DNA of 64,000 bases from Proteobacteria bacterium UBA5680. GTDB taxonomy: Bacteria > Pseudomonadota > Gammaproteobacteria > Arenicellales > UBA5680. Position numbers and translations under genes: made by a program. Shown in pieces: positions 45,407 through 56,042 of the stretch (the stretch's first letter is position 1; each line of letters starts with the position of its first letter). Where the stretch lies: NCBI GenBank assembly GCA_002420425.1, contig DIIC01000044.1, forward strand, positions 68,743-132,742. The letters are read 5' to 3'. The notes under the pieces are model-generated. The model had not been told where the DNA came from, did no database searches, and worked only from the letters and a program-made list of their open reading frames with translations.

Positions 45407-48400
45407 TTAACTTCCGGCAGGATCGTAGCCGAGAACCGACCCCAGAGATTGCTCCACACTGAGCAGATCCAAGCCCTGACGATCGGCATAATCTTTGGCC
45501 TGATCCTGCCCAATCTTCCCTATCCCAAAATAGCGGGCAGAGGGGTGGGAGAAGTACCAACCGCTTACTGATGCAGCGGGCAGCATTGACCAACTCTCGG
45601 TAAGGGCTATCCCAGCCTTTTCTTCCGCCTCAAGTACCCTCCAGAGGGCGCTCTTGCCAGAGTGGTCTGGACAGGCGGGGTAACCGGGGGCAGGGCGAAT
45701 CCCCTGATATTGCTCCTTAATCAAGGCTTCATTATCCAGGCTCTCTTGCGGTGCATACTCCCAAAGCTCTTTCCGAACCTTCAGATGCATGTATTCTGCA
45801 AAGGCCTCGGCCAGACGGTCTGCCAGCGCTTTTAGCATTATTGATGAGTAATCATCGTGCTGCTGCTGAAAAGCTTTGGCCCGTTCAGCAACACCAATAC
45901 CGGTTGTCACCGCAAATGCGCCGAGGTAATCGGCGACCCCACTCTCTTTTGGGGCGATGAAGTCTGCTAGCGAGAGATTGGAACCACTCTCTCCACGATC
46001 CATCTGCTGGCGCAGAAAGTGACAAGTTGCCAGCTTCTCCTGTCGGCTCTCATCAATATAGAGATCAATATCGTCACCTCGGGTGTTGGCGGGGTAAAAC
46101 CCCACAACACCTCTTGCCTCGATCCACTCCTCCTCGACCATGACATCCAGCGTCTTTCGGGCATCAGAGTAGACCCGGCGTGCCTCCTCACCCTGCCTTG
46201 AGTCATCCAGAATGGCAGGATATTTCCCTTTCAGCTCCCACACCCTGAAGAAGGGGCCCCAATCGATAAAATCGACCAGTCTCTCCAATGGCGTGCCGCC
46301 ATACTCTCGTACCCCCAAAAAAGAGGGTTTTTTCGGCTGGTAGGCTTGCCAGTCTGTTACCAGCTTGTTCTTTCGGGAGGCCTCTATTGACTGCCTGACC
46401 TGGCTGACCTGACGGGTCTCGCGCTGTTCTCGAATATGACGATAAGAGGCGGCCACATCAGAAGCATACTGCTTACCCTTGGACTCACTCAGCAACCCGC
46501 TCGCCACCCCTACGGCTCTTGAGGCATCCGGCACATAGACCACTGGTGATGAATAACAGGGGGCGATCTTTACCGCAGTATGTACTTTTGAAGCCGTTGC
46601 GCCCCCCACTATCAGGGGCACCTTAAACCCCTGGCGTTCAAGCTCACTGGCCAGATGAACCATCTCCTCAAGAGAGGGGGTGATGAGTCCGGAGATGCCG
46701 ATCAGATCGCAGTTTTGCTCTTTGGCCGCAGCCAAAATCTTTTCGGCGGGAACCATCACTCCGAGGTCAATAACCTCATAGCCATTGCACTCCATCACCA
46801 CGCCAACAATATTCTTTCCTATATCGTGAACATCGCCTTTGGCCGTTGCCATCAACAGCTTCCCCTGAGTGGTCATGCCTTCAGTGCCCTTGTCCTTGGC
46901 AAGGTATGGGTCGAGATAGGCAACCGCCCGTTTCATCACCCTTGCTGATTTAACCACCTGGGGAAGAAACATCTTGCCTTCGCCAAACAGGTCGCCGACC
47001 CGGTTCATTCCACTCATCAGCGGCCCCTCTATAACCTCCAGTGGGCGCTCAAACTGACCTCTTGCCTCTTCAGTATCTTCCTCAATGAAATCCGTGATCC
47101 CTTTTACCAGAGCATGCTCAAGACGCTCCTCTACAGGCCACTGGCGCCATTCAAGCCCCTGAACAGTGCTCTCTTTCGTCTCTTCGACCACACTCGCAGC
47201 CACCTCAATAAGACGTTCTGTGGCATCCTCTCTGCGGTTTAGCACCACATCCTCCACCCGCTCTCGGAGGCCTGATTCAATATCTTCGTAGATGGCCAAC
47301 TGCCCTGCGTTGACAATGCCCATTCCAAGACCCGCTTTGATTGCGTGGTAGAGAAAGACGGCATGAATAGCCTCACGCACCGGGTTGTTACCACGAAATG
47401 AAAACGAAACATTGGAGATTCCACCTGATATCAGCACCTCCGGCATCTCTTCTCTGATCTGCCGAGTCGCTTCAATGAAATCAACGGCATACTGGTCATG
47501 CTCTTCAATACCGGTAGCGATTGCAAACACATTGGGGTCAAAGATGATGTTTTCAGACCGGAAGCCGACCTTCTCCACCAGCAGCTCATAGGAGCGCCTG
47601 CAGATCGAAATCCGGCGCTCCAGGGAGTCTGCCTGCCCCTGTTCATCAAAAGCCATCACCACCACGGCAGCGCCATACTGTTTCACTCTCCTCGCCTGGT
47701 GAAGAAAAGAGTCCTCTCCCTCTTTCAAGCTGATCGAGTTAACAACTCCCTTGCCCTGAAGGCACTTCAAGCCCTCTTCAATCACCTCCCACCGTGATGA
47801 GTCAATCATCACCGGAACTCGGGCTATGTCGGGTTCTGCCGCAATCAGCCGCAGAAATTTTGACATCGCAGCGGCTGAGTCCAGCATCGCTTCGTCCATA
47901 TTGATATCGATTATCTGGGCCCCATTTTCAACCTGGTCCCGGGCCACATCGAGAGCGGTCTCATAATCCTCTTCCAGAATGAGGCGTCTAAAGCGCGCCG
48001 ACCCGGTCACATTGGTCCGCTCTCCTACATTGACAAAGAGTGAGCTTTTATCAATCTCCAGAGGTTCCAGGCCTGAAAGCAGGCAGTGGTGTTGGGACGG
48101 CCTCTGACGCCTCGGTTGCTGATCTGCCACAGCCTCATCTATCGCACCAATATGTTCAGGAGTGGTTCCACAGCATCCGCCTACAATATTGAGCAGGCCT
48201 GATTGGGCCCACTCTCTAATATGGGTTGCCATTTCAGCAGGGGTCTCATCATACTCACCGAATTCATTGGGCAGCCCGGCATTGGGATGAGCCGAGATAG
48301 CCGTATCGGCGACAGCTGCCAACTCCTGAATATGAGGCCTGAGGGCATCAGCACCCAAGGCGCAGTTAAGACCGATGCTCATCAACTCTCCATGGGACAG

Positions 48401-49105
48401 GGAAGCCCAAAAAGCAGTTGGAGTCTGGCCGGAGAGAGTCCTTCCCGACTGGTCGGTGATGGTTCCGGACACCATCAGTGGAAGCCGTACCCCCAATGAC
48501 TCAAAGGCCATAAAACAGGCATAGAGCGCTGCTTTTGCATTGAGTGTATCGAAAATTGTTTCAATCAGAAGAACATCTGAACCGCCTTCGATCAACCCTT
48601 CGGCCGCCTCCTGATAGGTCTCAACCAATTGATTGAAATCGACATTTCTAAATCCAGGATCATTGACATCAGGAGAGAGGCTTGCTGTTCGGTTGGTGGG
48701 GCCCAAAACGCCGGCGACAAAGCGGGGTCGGTCTGGATTGCTTGTGGTTTTCGATAGTACGGCCTCTTTGGCGATAGCGGCCGCCTTGAAATTAATCTCT
48801 TTTGCCAATGACGCCATCTTGTAGTCAGCCAGAGAGATGCGGTTGGCATTAAAGGTGTTGGTCTCAATAATATCCGCACCGGCTTCGAGGTAGGCACTAT
48901 GAATTTCGCTGATAATCTCGGGCTGTGAGAGGGTGAGCAGATCATTATTTCCCTTTACCTCTGCCTCCCAATCTGCAAAACGTTGCCCTCGATAGCCCGC
49001 TTCGTCAAGATTGTATTTCTGGATCATGGTGCCCATAGCACCATCAAGGATAAGAATAGACTCTTGCAGGCGCTGGTGTAATAACCCGCTGTGATCAATA
49101 CTCAT
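45407..49105 (-). CDS. metH: Cobalamin-dependent methionine synthase
   Basis: 1232 aa, with all modules in order: Hcy-binding (ILDGAMGT), pterin-binding, B12-binding (GDVHDIGKN) and the AdoMet activation domain. Confidence 0.95.
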   Translation of the reverse strand: MSIDHSGLLHQRLQESILILDGAMGTMIQKYNLDEAGYRGQRFADWEAEVKGNNDLLTLSQPEIISEIHSAYLEAGADIIETNTFNANRISLADYKMASLAKEINFKAAAIAKEAVLSKTTSNPDRPRFVAGVLGPTNRTASLSPDVNDPGFRNVDFNQLVETYQEAAEGLIEGGSDVLLIETIFDTLNAKAALYACFMAFESLGVRLPLMVSGTITDQSGRTLSGQTPTAFWASLSHGELMSIGLNCALGADALRPHIQELAAVADTAISAHPNAGLPNEFGEYDETPAEMATHIREWAQSGLLNIVGGCCGTTPEHIGAIDEAVADQQPRRQRPSQHHCLLSGLEPLEIDKSSLFVNVGERTNVTGSARFRRLILEEDYETALDVARDQVENGAQIIDINMDEAMLDSAAAMSKFLRLIAAEPDIARVPVMIDSSRWEVIEEGLKCLQGKGVVNSISLKEGEDSFLHQARRVKQYGAAVVVMAFDEQGQADSLERRISICRRSYELLVEKVGFRSENIIFDPNVFAIATGIEEHDQYAVDFIEATRQIREEMPEVLISGGISNVSFSFRGNNPVREAIHAVFLYHAIKAGLGMGIVNAGQLAIYEDIESGLRERVEDVVLNRREDATERLIEVAASVVEETKESTVQGLEWRQWPVEERLEHALVKGITDFIEEDTEEARGQFERPLEVIEGPLMSGMNRVGDLFGEGKMFLPQVVKSARVMKRAVAYLDPYLAKDKGTEGMTTQGKLLMATAKGDVHDIGKNIVGVVMECNGYEVIDLGVMVPAEKILAAAKEQNCDLIGISGLITPSLEEMVHLASELERQGFKVPLIVGGATASKVHTAVKIAPCYSSPVVYVPDASRAVGVASGLLSESKGKQYASDVAASYRHIREQRETRQVSQVRQSIEASRKNKLVTDWQAYQPKKPSFLGVREYGGTPLERLVDFIDWGPFFRVWELKGKYPAILDDSRQGEEARRVYSDARKTLDVMVEEEWIEARGVVGFYPANTRGDDIDLYIDESRQEKLATCHFLRQQMDRGESGSNLSLADFIAPKESGVADYLGAFAVTTGIGVAERAKAFQQQHDDYSSIMLKALADRLAEAFAEYMHLKVRKELWEYAPQESLDNEALIKEQYQGIRPAPGYPACPDHSGKSALWRVLEAEEKAGIALTESWSMLPAASVSGWYFSHPSARYFGIGKIGQDQAKDYADRQGLDLLSVEQSLGSVLGYDPAGS

Positions 49106-49107
49106 CT

Positions 49108-49947
49108 TCAGGCTAATGAACCCATGGCTTTGACGACCCTAAGCACCGGGCCAGACCGGTTGAGGGTATAAAAGTGAAGTCCGGGCGCGTCTCCTTCGAT
49201 CAACTGATTACAGAGCAGGGCTACAACATCGGCTCCAAAGGCGCGCAGGGAGTCGAGGTCATCCTGGTAGTCTTCAAGACGACGACGGATCCACCGGGGA
49301 ATCTCTGTTCCGCAGGTATCAGAAAAACGAGCGAGTTGTTTGTAATTGGTAATCGGCATTATCCCCGGGACTACCGGTATGGTAATCCCAAGGTCAGCGA
49401 TATCATCCCGAAATCTGAGGTATGCATCGACATTATAGAAATACTGGGTTATCGCAGAATCTGCTCCTGCCTTGACTTTATCCCTGAAAAAACCGATATC
49501 CTCCCTGAAGGAGGGTGTTTCTGGGTGTGCTTCCGGATAGGCTGCAACATCAATATGAAAAGCGCTGCCACTTATCTCCCGAATAAACTCAATCAGTTCG
49601 ATAGCATAACGAAAGTCACCGTGCTCGATCATTCCAGAGGGACGATCCCCCCTAAGAACAACCAGGCGCTGCACACCAATAGAGCGGTAGTGCTCAAGGA
49701 GCGCTGAAACAGAATCACGCGTCTCTCCGACTCCGGTAAGGTGGGGAACTGCAGGAGTAACCCCCTCTTCAGCAATCTCTTCAATTGCTTGGAGTGTCCC
49801 CTCTCGAGTGCTTCCTCCAGCGCCTGAGGTCACTGAATAAAATTCTGGGTTCAGCTCGGTGAGGGCCAATCGGCTCTCCCTCGCCCTTTGATGACCCTCA
49901 TTCGCCCGAATTGGGAAAAATTCGCAGCTGTATTGCCCCTGAGTCAT
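49108..49947 (-). CDS. metF: 5,10-methylenetetrahydrofolate reductase
   Basis: [31 protein letters not shown] and the [13 protein letters not shown] motifs. Start trimmed to ATG 49947; the stop is 2 nt from the metH start. Confidence 0.9.
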   Translation of the reverse strand: MTQGQYSCEFFPIRANEGHQRARESRLALTELNPEFYSVTSGAGGSTREGTLQAIEEIAEEGVTPAVPHLTGVGETRDSVSALLEHYRSIGVQRLVVLRGDRPSGMIEHGDFRYAIELIEFIREISGSAFHIDVAAYPEAHPETPSFREDIGFFRDKVKAGADSAITQYFYNVDAYLRFRDDIADLGITIPVVPGIMPITNYKQLARFSDTCGTEIPRWIRRRLEDYQDDLDSLRAFGADVVALLCNQLIEGDAPGLHFYTLNRSGPVLRVVKAMGSLA

Positions 49948-49969
49948 TGGTGCTGAACCCTTGATAGAA

Positions 49970-51388
49970 TTAATAACGGTAGTGGTCTGGTTTAAAAGGC
50001 CCCTCACTCGGGACATCAATATAGACCGCCTGCTCCGGAGTAAGTTTGGTCAACCGGGCACCAATTTTGCCGAGGTGTAACTTTGCCACTTTTTCATCCA
50101 GTTGCTTGGGCAACACATAGACCCGGTTGTCATACTGGTCAGGATTATTCAACAGCTCCATCTGAGCCAGAACCTGATTGGTAAATGAGTTGGACATGAC
50201 GAAACTGGGGTGGCCGGTTGCACACCCCAGATTTACCAGCCGGCCCTCTGCAAGAAGGATGATCCGTTTTCCATCGGGGAAAATAATATGGTCTACCTGA
50301 GGCTTAATATTATCCCAACTGTAGCGACGCAAGCTGGCAACATCGATCTCATTATCAAAATGTCCAATATTGCAGACAATGGCCTGGTTCTTCATTGCAA
50401 CCATATGGTCATGGCCAATGACGTGGTAGTTCCCGGTAGCTGTTACAAAGATGTCCGCTTCGGGGGCCCCCTCTTCCATGGTGACTACCCGATAGCCTTC
50501 CATTGCCGCCTGAAGGGCGCAGATGGGATCAATCTCAGTCACCCAGACAATACAGCCCAGACCACGAAGCGACTGGGCACACCCTTTACCCACATCACCG
50601 TATCCGGCAACCAGGGCGATCTTGCCGGCCATCATCACATCAGTTGCACGTTTGATTCCATCTACCAATGACTCCCGACACCCATATAGGTTATCGAACT
50701 TACTTTTGGTAACCGAATCATTAACATTGATTGCGGGAAAAGGCAGTGTCCCGGTGGCCTCCATCTGATAGAGGCGGTGCACGCCTGTGGTTGTCTCTTC
50801 TGTCACCCCACGAATGTTCTTCAGTATATTGGAGTACCAGCCAGGTGATTCTTCCAGTCGCACCCGTATGGCGGCGTAGAGTGCGACCTCTTCTTCACTG
50901 GTTGGATTATCGAGTACGGCAGGATCCTCCTCTGCCTTGGCACCAAGGTTGATGAGCAGGGTCGCATCCCCACCATCATCCAGAATCATGTTGGGTGTTC
51001 CGCCATCGCCCCACTCCATCACCCGATGGGTGTAGTTCCAGTACTCCTCCAGCGTCTCCCCCTTGTAGGCAAATACCGGAATGCCGCTTGTTGCAATCGC
51101 TGCTGCCGCATGGTCCTGGGTGGAGAAGATATTACATGAGACCCAACGCACCTCGGCACCCAGAATCACCAATGTCTCGATCAACACCGCGGTCTGAATC
51201 GTCATGTGGAGACTACCGGCAATACGCGCCCCTTTGAGCGGCTGGCTCTTTGCGTATTCATCACGGAGTGCCATCAACCCTGGCATCTCCGTTTCAGCTA
51301 TTGCAATCTCCTTGCGTCCCCACTCTGATAGAGAGAGATCGGCTACATGGAAATCCTGGTTGGTCACTTCTGCTGTCTGTGTCGACAT
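49970..51388 (-). CDS. ahcY: Adenosylhomocysteinase
   Basis: [37 protein letters not shown] (NAD site), GHFDNEID. Start trimmed to ATG 51388 with GGAGG upstream; the ORF track extends to 51508. Confidence 0.95.
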   Translation of the reverse strand: MSTQTAEVTNQDFHVADLSLSEWGRKEIAIAETEMPGLMALRDEYAKSQPLKGARIAGSLHMTIQTAVLIETLVILGAEVRWVSCNIFSTQDHAAAAIATSGIPVFAYKGETLEEYWNYTHRVMEWGDGGTPNMILDDGGDATLLINLGAKAEEDPAVLDNPTSEEEVALYAAIRVRLEESPGWYSNILKNIRGVTEETTTGVHRLYQMEATGTLPFPAINVNDSVTKSKFDNLYGCRESLVDGIKRATDVMMAGKIALVAGYGDVGKGCAQSLRGLGCIVWVTEIDPICALQAAMEGYRVVTMEEGAPEADIFVTATGNYHVIGHDHMVAMKNQAIVCNIGHFDNEIDVASLRRYSWDNIKPQVDHIIFPDGKRIILLAEGRLVNLGCATGHPSFVMSNSFTNQVLAQMELLNNPDQYDNRVYVLPKQLDEKVAKLHLGKIGARLTKLTPEQAVYIDVPSEGPFKPDHYRY

Positions 51389-51416
51389 GGTGCCTCCTAG
51401 TGCTTCTAAAGAAGGG

Positions 51417-52592
51417 TTATCTCTCCAGGCCTGCAGCCTCACGAAGCTGCTCTGCCCGGTCTGTTGACTCCCATGGGAATCCCGGCTCTTCACGACCAAA
51501 ATGACCATAGGCCGCTGTCTTCTGGTAGTTGACCCGATCAGTGTTCAACAGATCCAGCATCTTCAGGAGCCCATAAGGTCGAAGGTCAAAATGCTCACGG
51601 ATCAATGTTTCAATTTGATTGTCGGCAACTTTACCGGTACCAAAGGTATTGACCATCACTGATGTGGGCTCAGCCACACCAATGGCATAGGAGGTTTGAA
51701 TCTCACATCGTTCAGCAAGTCCGGCAGCTACAATATTTTTAGCCACATAGCGACTTGCGTAGGCGGCAGATCGATCAACCTTGGAAGGGTCTTTGCCAGA
51801 AAATGCACCCCCCCCATGATGAGCTGAGCCACCGTATGTATCGACAATGATTTTACGCCCTGTCAGGCCGCAGTCACCAACCGGGCCTCCGATGACAAAG
51901 GCACCGGTAGGGTTGATATGAATCTTGGTGCTGTTATCGATCCAGCCTTCAGGCAATACAGGGATAATGATGTTTTCCATTACCGCTTCATGCAGATGGT
52001 CGTTATCAATATCAGGATCATGCTGGGTGGAGAGCACCACCGCATCAAGACCAGCCACCTCTCCCTGCTCGTAGCGAAAAGTCACCTGGCTCTTGGCATC
52101 TGGGCGCAGCCAGGGCAGTACATTGGTCTTGCGCATCTCTGCCTGACGCTCAACAAGTCGATGTGCATAGGTGATCGGGGCGGGCATTAATACATCGGTC
52201 TCATTAGTGGCATAGCCAAACATTAATCCCTGATCGCCAGCCCCCTGATCCTCGGCACGCTCACGATCAACACCCTGGTTAATATCCGCTGACTGCTTGC
52301 CAATCAGTGACATGACCGCACAAGTACTTCCATCGAAGCCAACATCTGAACTGGTATAGCCTATGCCGCAAACCGTATCTCGAACGATCTGCTCCAGATC
52401 AACCCAGGCATCGGTTGTGACCTCACCAGCAACAACAACAGCGCCGGTCTTTATAAGGGTTTCGCACGCAACTCGTGCCGCCTTGTCTTCGGCAATAATA
52501 GCGTCCAGGATGGCATCTGAAATCTGATCGGCCACTTTATCAGGGTGTCCTTCTGAGACCGATTCAGAGGTAAAAAAATAACTGTTACTCAT
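51417..52592 (-). CDS. metK: S-adenosylmethionine synthetase
   Basis: 391 aa. [41 protein letters not shown] and [16 protein letters not shown]. Confidence 0.95.
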   Translation of the reverse strand: MSNSYFFTSESVSEGHPDKVADQISDAILDAIIAEDKAARVACETLIKTGAVVVAGEVTTDAWVDLEQIVRDTVCGIGYTSSDVGFDGSTCAVMSLIGKQSADINQGVDRERAEDQGAGDQGLMFGYATNETDVLMPAPITYAHRLVERQAEMRKTNVLPWLRPDAKSQVTFRYEQGEVAGLDAVVLSTQHDPDIDNDHLHEAVMENIIIPVLPEGWIDNSTKIHINPTGAFVIGGPVGDCGLTGRKIIVDTYGGSAHHGGGAFSGKDPSKVDRSAAYASRYVAKNIVAAGLAERCEIQTSYAIGVAEPTSVMVNTFGTGKVADNQIETLIREHFDLRPYGLLKMLDLLNTDRVNYQKTAAYGHFGREEPGFPWESTDRAEQLREAAGLER

Positions 52593-52605
52593 TAGTCAAA
52601 ACTCC

Positions 52606-52701
52606 ATAAAAAATAAAAAACCCGCAGGGGGCTACCGTGCGGGCTGTTTAGAATCCTGAGACTCATCTGCTCGCTTTAGCGTTGCTTGTAATGCGCCCGC
52701 A
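52606..52701 (-). promoter_or_regulatory. metK leader: intrinsic terminator with mutually exclusive antiterminator (candidate riboswitch/attenuator)
   Basis: In the minus-strand RNA the hairpin CCCGCA..UGCGGG (52643-52621) is followed by UUUUUUAUUUUUU (52620-52606), only about 15 nt before the metK Shine-Dalgarno. An upstream UGCGGGC (52701-52695) can pair with the terminator 5' arm GCCCGCA (52644-52638). Confidence 0.55.
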
Positions 52702-52730
52702 ATCTGAGTTCAAATCAGCGCAATAATGAG

Positions 52731-52758
52731 AATATATTATAAAGACATATCCTGTCAA
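52731..52758 (-). promoter_or_regulatory. Putative sigma-70 promoter of the metK operon
   Basis: On the minus strand: TTGACA (52758-52753), a 16-nt spacer, then TATATT (52736-52731). This implies a leader of about 130 nt. Confidence 0.5.
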
Positions 52759-52848
52759 TTCTCACCCCACCCCAACCCTTCCAGAGTTTTCCCATTGCCC
52801 GCTTAGAGCTTTGGAGTGGCTCTGGGCCATGAACCATGGACAGTCTGG

Positions 52849-53508
52849 TTATTCTGAGATGTTCCCTTCGGCCACAAGGCTAGTGTGTGCGGCATAGGCG
52901 CCTGGACCATTAAGCCCACATGAAAACTCAGTTTGTGCCCAAAGGGCTACCGTATCGTCGCTTTTCAGTTGGTAGGTCCCCAGATTGTAGTCCTTGTAGA
53001 TGCCATATTTCCCTGTCTTATCTGGACAGCTGGAACATGAGCCCCACTGGGCCACCTCTCCGCTTTTTACTGCTTCACCATTTATTCTTAGCTCATAGGG
53101 AGGTGAGCCGGCACATTTCTCATTGACTCCCTTCCAGATGAATGTAAATTCGCCATCGTAGGGAAATGAACTCCAGCTCCATGAGCCATCACAGATCTCA
53201 TTCTCACACCAAACCACATGCCAGCACTCCTCATCCCAGCAGCGGTATTGCCCCGCTCCTGTTCGATCTGCCAAGTTCCCTTTGAATGTCACCGCAATAT
53301 CAAACCCTCCCGTAGAAGGGGTATCAACTTCATAACTTGGGCCTCCTTCGGGACCGGCACCTACATCTCCTTCGGTACCCGGGCCCTCTCCACCCCCGCT
53401 TGAACGCTCATTGAGGAAGTCACAGCCACTCACTGCAAAGAGAGCAAGCGAGACAAAGAGAACAGCACCCAAGGCCTGGTGGAGTACGTTTTTAACTCTC
53501 AAGATCAA
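52849..53508 (-). CDS. Putative secreted lipoprotein, Cys/Trp-rich, function unknown
   Basis: Signal peptide plus lipobox (LFAVSGC), a Gly-rich linker, then a Cys/Trp-rich domain (YRCWDEECWHVVWCENEICDGSWSW). There is no ATG. The candidate starts are TTG at 53508 or, better, TTG at 53502, which lies 7 nt after AAGGAG (53515-53510). It overlaps the ntrC 3' end. Confidence 0.55.
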   Translation of the reverse strand: MILRVKNVLHQALGAVLFVSLALFAVSGCDFLNERSSGGGEGPGTEGDVGAGPEGGPSYEVDTPSTGGFDIAVTFKGNLADRTGAGQYRCWDEECWHVVWCENEICDGSWSWSSFPYDGEFTFIWKGVNEKCAGSPPYELRINGEAVKSGEVAQWGSCSSCPDKTGKYGIYKDYNLGTYQLKSDDTVALWAQTEFSCGLNGPGAYAAHTSLVAEGNISE

Positions 53509-54892
53509 GCTCCTTTAGCTTTCGCGTCAGGGTGTTTCGCCCCCATCCCAGGCGTTTGGCTGCTTCCTGTTTATGGCCCCCTGTATGATTCAGAGCAGCC
53601 TTGATCAGCACCCTTTCAAACCTGGGCTCAAGAATGCCAAGTATATCATTTTTTCCCAAAGCAAGCTTCTGTTCGACAGAACGTTTTAATAACAGTTCCC
53701 AGTTGCTGTTTGAGCTCTCGCCTGCTTGGAGCTTTACCTCATCCGGCAGATCCTGCAGGGTAACCGATGGACCGGGTGCCATTACGGTTAACCAACGACA
53801 CGTATTCTCCAGTTCACGGACATTCCCTGACCAGCCATGCCTTTTTAACTGGGCGAGGGCTTCTGGACTCAGGGTTTTAACTTCTGTCTCCAGCTCTTCT
53901 GCACACCGCCTTAAAAAACTTGTCGCCAGCGCTGGAATGTCCTCCTCCCGGTCTCGCAGCGGTGGCAGCTTTATCCTGATTACATTAAGCCGGTGGAAGA
54001 GATCCTCCCTGAAATTCCCAGCCTCTACTCGCTCTTCCAGCTTACGATTGGTGGCTGCAATCACCCTGACATTGACTTTAACCTCCTGATGGCCCCCAAC
54101 CCGATAGAACTTCCCCTCTGCCAGAACCCTTAACAATCGTGTTTGAAGTGGCCCTGGCATCTCTCCAATTTCATCCAGGAAGAGGGTGCCCCCATCTGCC
54201 TGTTCAAAGCGGCCAATGCGCTGCGTCACCGCCCCGGTGAACGCCCCCTTCTCATGCCCAAAAAGCTCAGACTCAAGCAGCTCTGATGGAATTGCTGCGG
54301 TATTGATTGCAACGAAAGGGCCCTCGCGGTTGGCACCGGTCTCATAGAGAGCGTGGGCAACAAGCTCTTTTCCTGTTCCCGATTCACCACTGATAAGGAC
54401 CGTCATGCCTGATCCAGAGAGCCTCCCAATTGCCCGAAAGACGCCCTGCATCGCCGGTGCAACACCAATGAGTCGATGCGATCCATTGGTACCGGGCGCC
54501 ATCTCATGAGCTAAATTGGTGGCTTGCCGGTCCATCGCCCGCTTCACCAGGTTGACCACTTCGTCCATGTCAAATGGTTTCGGCAGGTACTCAAATGCTC
54601 CTCCCTGATATGAAGATACCGCACTCTCCAGATCACTGTGTGCCGTCATAATAATGACTGGGATCTGGGGTACTCGCCGGCTTAGCTGCTCAAGAAACTC
54701 AAGACCCGATGTCCCCGGCATACGTATATCCGTTATGATGACACTGGGTCCTGATTCAATATTTTGTTCCAGCGCCGCATCAGCACTCTCAAACAACTCT
54801 ACAGTCAGGCCCGCCTGTTGAAGCGCACGCTCGAGAACCCAGCGAATAGAGGTATCATCATCTACCACCCAAACAATCCCTGCATTTTCCAT
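53492..54892 (-). CDS. glnG: Nitrogen regulation protein NR(I), sigma-54 activator NtrC
   Basis: 466 aa. Receiver domain (ITDIRMPG), AAA+ domain with GESGTGKE and GAFTGA, and a C-terminal Fis-type HTH. Confidence 0.95.
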   Translation of the reverse strand: MENAGIVWVVDDDTSIRWVLERALQQAGLTVELFESADAALEQNIESGPSVIITDIRMPGTSGLEFLEQLSRRVPQIPVIIMTAHSDLESAVSSYQGGAFEYLPKPFDMDEVVNLVKRAMDRQATNLAHEMAPGTNGSHRLIGVAPAMQGVFRAIGRLSGSGMTVLISGESGTGKELVAHALYETGANREGPFVAINTAAIPSELLESELFGHEKGAFTGAVTQRIGRFEQADGGTLFLDEIGEMPGPLQTRLLRVLAEGKFYRVGGHQEVKVNVRVIAATNRKLEERVEAGNFREDLFHRLNVIRIKLPPLRDREEDIPALATSFLRRCAEELETEVKTLSPEALAQLKRHGWSGNVRELENTCRWLTVMAPGPSVTLQDLPDEVKLQAGESSNSNWELLLKRSVEQKLALGKNDILGILEPRFERVLIKAALNHTGGHKQEAAKRLGWGRNTLTRKLKELDLES

Positions 54893-54894
54893 CT

Positions 54895-55965
54895 CTACCC
54901 CTCCTCAACCGGAAGATAAATACTGAAACACGTCGAACCTTGCTCGCTCTCACAATCGATTAACCCCCCGTGCCGGCAGATAATCTCTTCGGCAATGGCC
55001 AATCCAAGACCACTGCCCTCAGGACGACTGGTCACCATTGGGAAAAAAATCTGCTCTTTGATCTTGTCGTCGACCCCAGGCCCGTTATCTTCGACATCCG
55101 CCCTGACCACATTACGATAACGGTGATTCCCAACAGTAAACTGACGCTCAATTCGCGTCCTTAAGACAATTCGACCTCTCCCTTCCAGAGCCTGAACCGC
55201 ATTACGGACAATATTGAGCAGTGCCTGGATGAGCTGATCACTATCTCCCGCCACATCGGGGAGGCTGGGGTCATAATCACGGGTAATGACCAGGCTGCTA
55301 TTGGCTTCAACAGAGACCAGCTTGCGTACGTGCTCAAGTACCTGATGGACATTGAGAGGCCTCATTGCCGGTGGCCGGTAGGACCCTGTCAGGCGATTGA
55401 CCAGTGCACTCAACCTGTCGGCCTCGGCTATGATAATTCGGGTAAATTCGCGCTGTTCACGGTTATCAAGCTCGCGGTCAAGAAGTTGTGCCGCCCCCCT
55501 TAAGCCCCCCAAAGGATTTCGAATCTCATGGGCAAGGCCGCGAATAACAGCATGGCTGGCGTTGTGCCTCTCCACCATTGCTTTCTCCCTGGCCAGTTGA
55601 GTCAGCCGATTAACCTTGGAGAACTCAACAACAAACTGCTCCTGGCCAGTAGATTGGGAGAGATGGGTCACCGTGCAGTCAACCCTGACCCCTCTGTCCG
55701 CAACCACAAGATTGAGCTCAACTTCTCTGAGGGTAACCGAGTTGCCGGTTCCACCGACCTCAATGATGGCCTCCCTGATGCTCTCATTGGCAGGAAGAAT
55801 CTCAAACAGAACTCGGCCCTGCGCACGACGCTGGCTGAAGCCAAGCAGGCTCTCTGCGGCCCTATTCATGTAGTGAACAGAAAGATCTCCCCCCAGAACA
55901 AGAACCGCAACACTGATACAATCGATCAACCCATTTTCTCTTAGTGTTTCTGGGACAGTCGTCAC
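54895..55965 (-). CDS. glnL: Nitrogen regulation sensor histidine kinase NtrB
   Basis: 356 aa. N-terminal PAS, H-box LAHEIRNPLGG, N box (LLNIVRNA) and G boxes (DNGPGV, GSGLGLA). GTG start. The stop lies 2 nt before the ntrC start. Confidence 0.9.
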   Translation of the reverse strand: MTTVPETLRENGLIDCISVAVLVLGGDLSVHYMNRAAESLLGFSQRRAQGRVLFEILPANESIREAIIEVGGTGNSVTLREVELNLVVADRGVRVDCTVTHLSQSTGQEQFVVEFSKVNRLTQLAREKAMVERHNASHAVIRGLAHEIRNPLGGLRGAAQLLDRELDNREQREFTRIIIAEADRLSALVNRLTGSYRPPAMRPLNVHQVLEHVRKLVSVEANSSLVITRDYDPSLPDVAGDSDQLIQALLNIVRNAVQALEGRGRIVLRTRIERQFTVGNHRYRNVVRADVEDNGPGVDDKIKEQIFFPMVTSRPEGSGLGLAIAEEIICRHGGLIDCESEQGSTCFSIYLPVEEG

Positions 55966-55978
55966 CTGTTACCTCTTT

Positions 55979-55995
55979 CGCACCATTATGGTGCG
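55979..55995. promoter_or_regulatory. Palindromic NtrC-type binding site upstream of ntrB
   Basis: cGCACCAttaTGGTGCg is a perfect inverted repeat matching the NtrC consensus TGCACC-N5-GGTGCA core, 14 nt upstream of the ntrB start. Confidence 0.6.
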
Positions 55996-56004
55996 TTACG
56001 GAGC

Positions 56005-56032
56005 AAAAAAAGCGCCCCGCCATGGGGGCGCT
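56005..56032 (-). terminator. Rho-independent terminator after glnA
   Basis: Minus-strand RNA AGCGCCCC-cauggc-GGGGCGCU (8-bp stem) is followed by a U7 run, 10 nt after the glnA stop. Confidence 0.7.
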
Positions 56033-56042
56033 CCTTCACAAC

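Noticed and set aside
52592-52666. The 24-codon uORF in the metK leader as a classical Met-codon attenuation peptide.
   Set aside because: The peptide has no internal Met codons and the Shine-Dalgarno is weak. The UAAUG overlap with metK may be coincidental. It is mentioned only as a note within the leader finding.
52593-52724. Assigning the metK leader to a known riboswitch class (SAM-I/S-box, SAM-II/V, SAH).
   Set aside because: I could not find the conserved cores I remember for S-box (GAGGGA...GCAACC...) or SAH (AGGCUCGG...AACGGCGCUCAC). The only resemblance to SAM-II/V is a short UAAAGC. The class is left open pending a covariance-model search.
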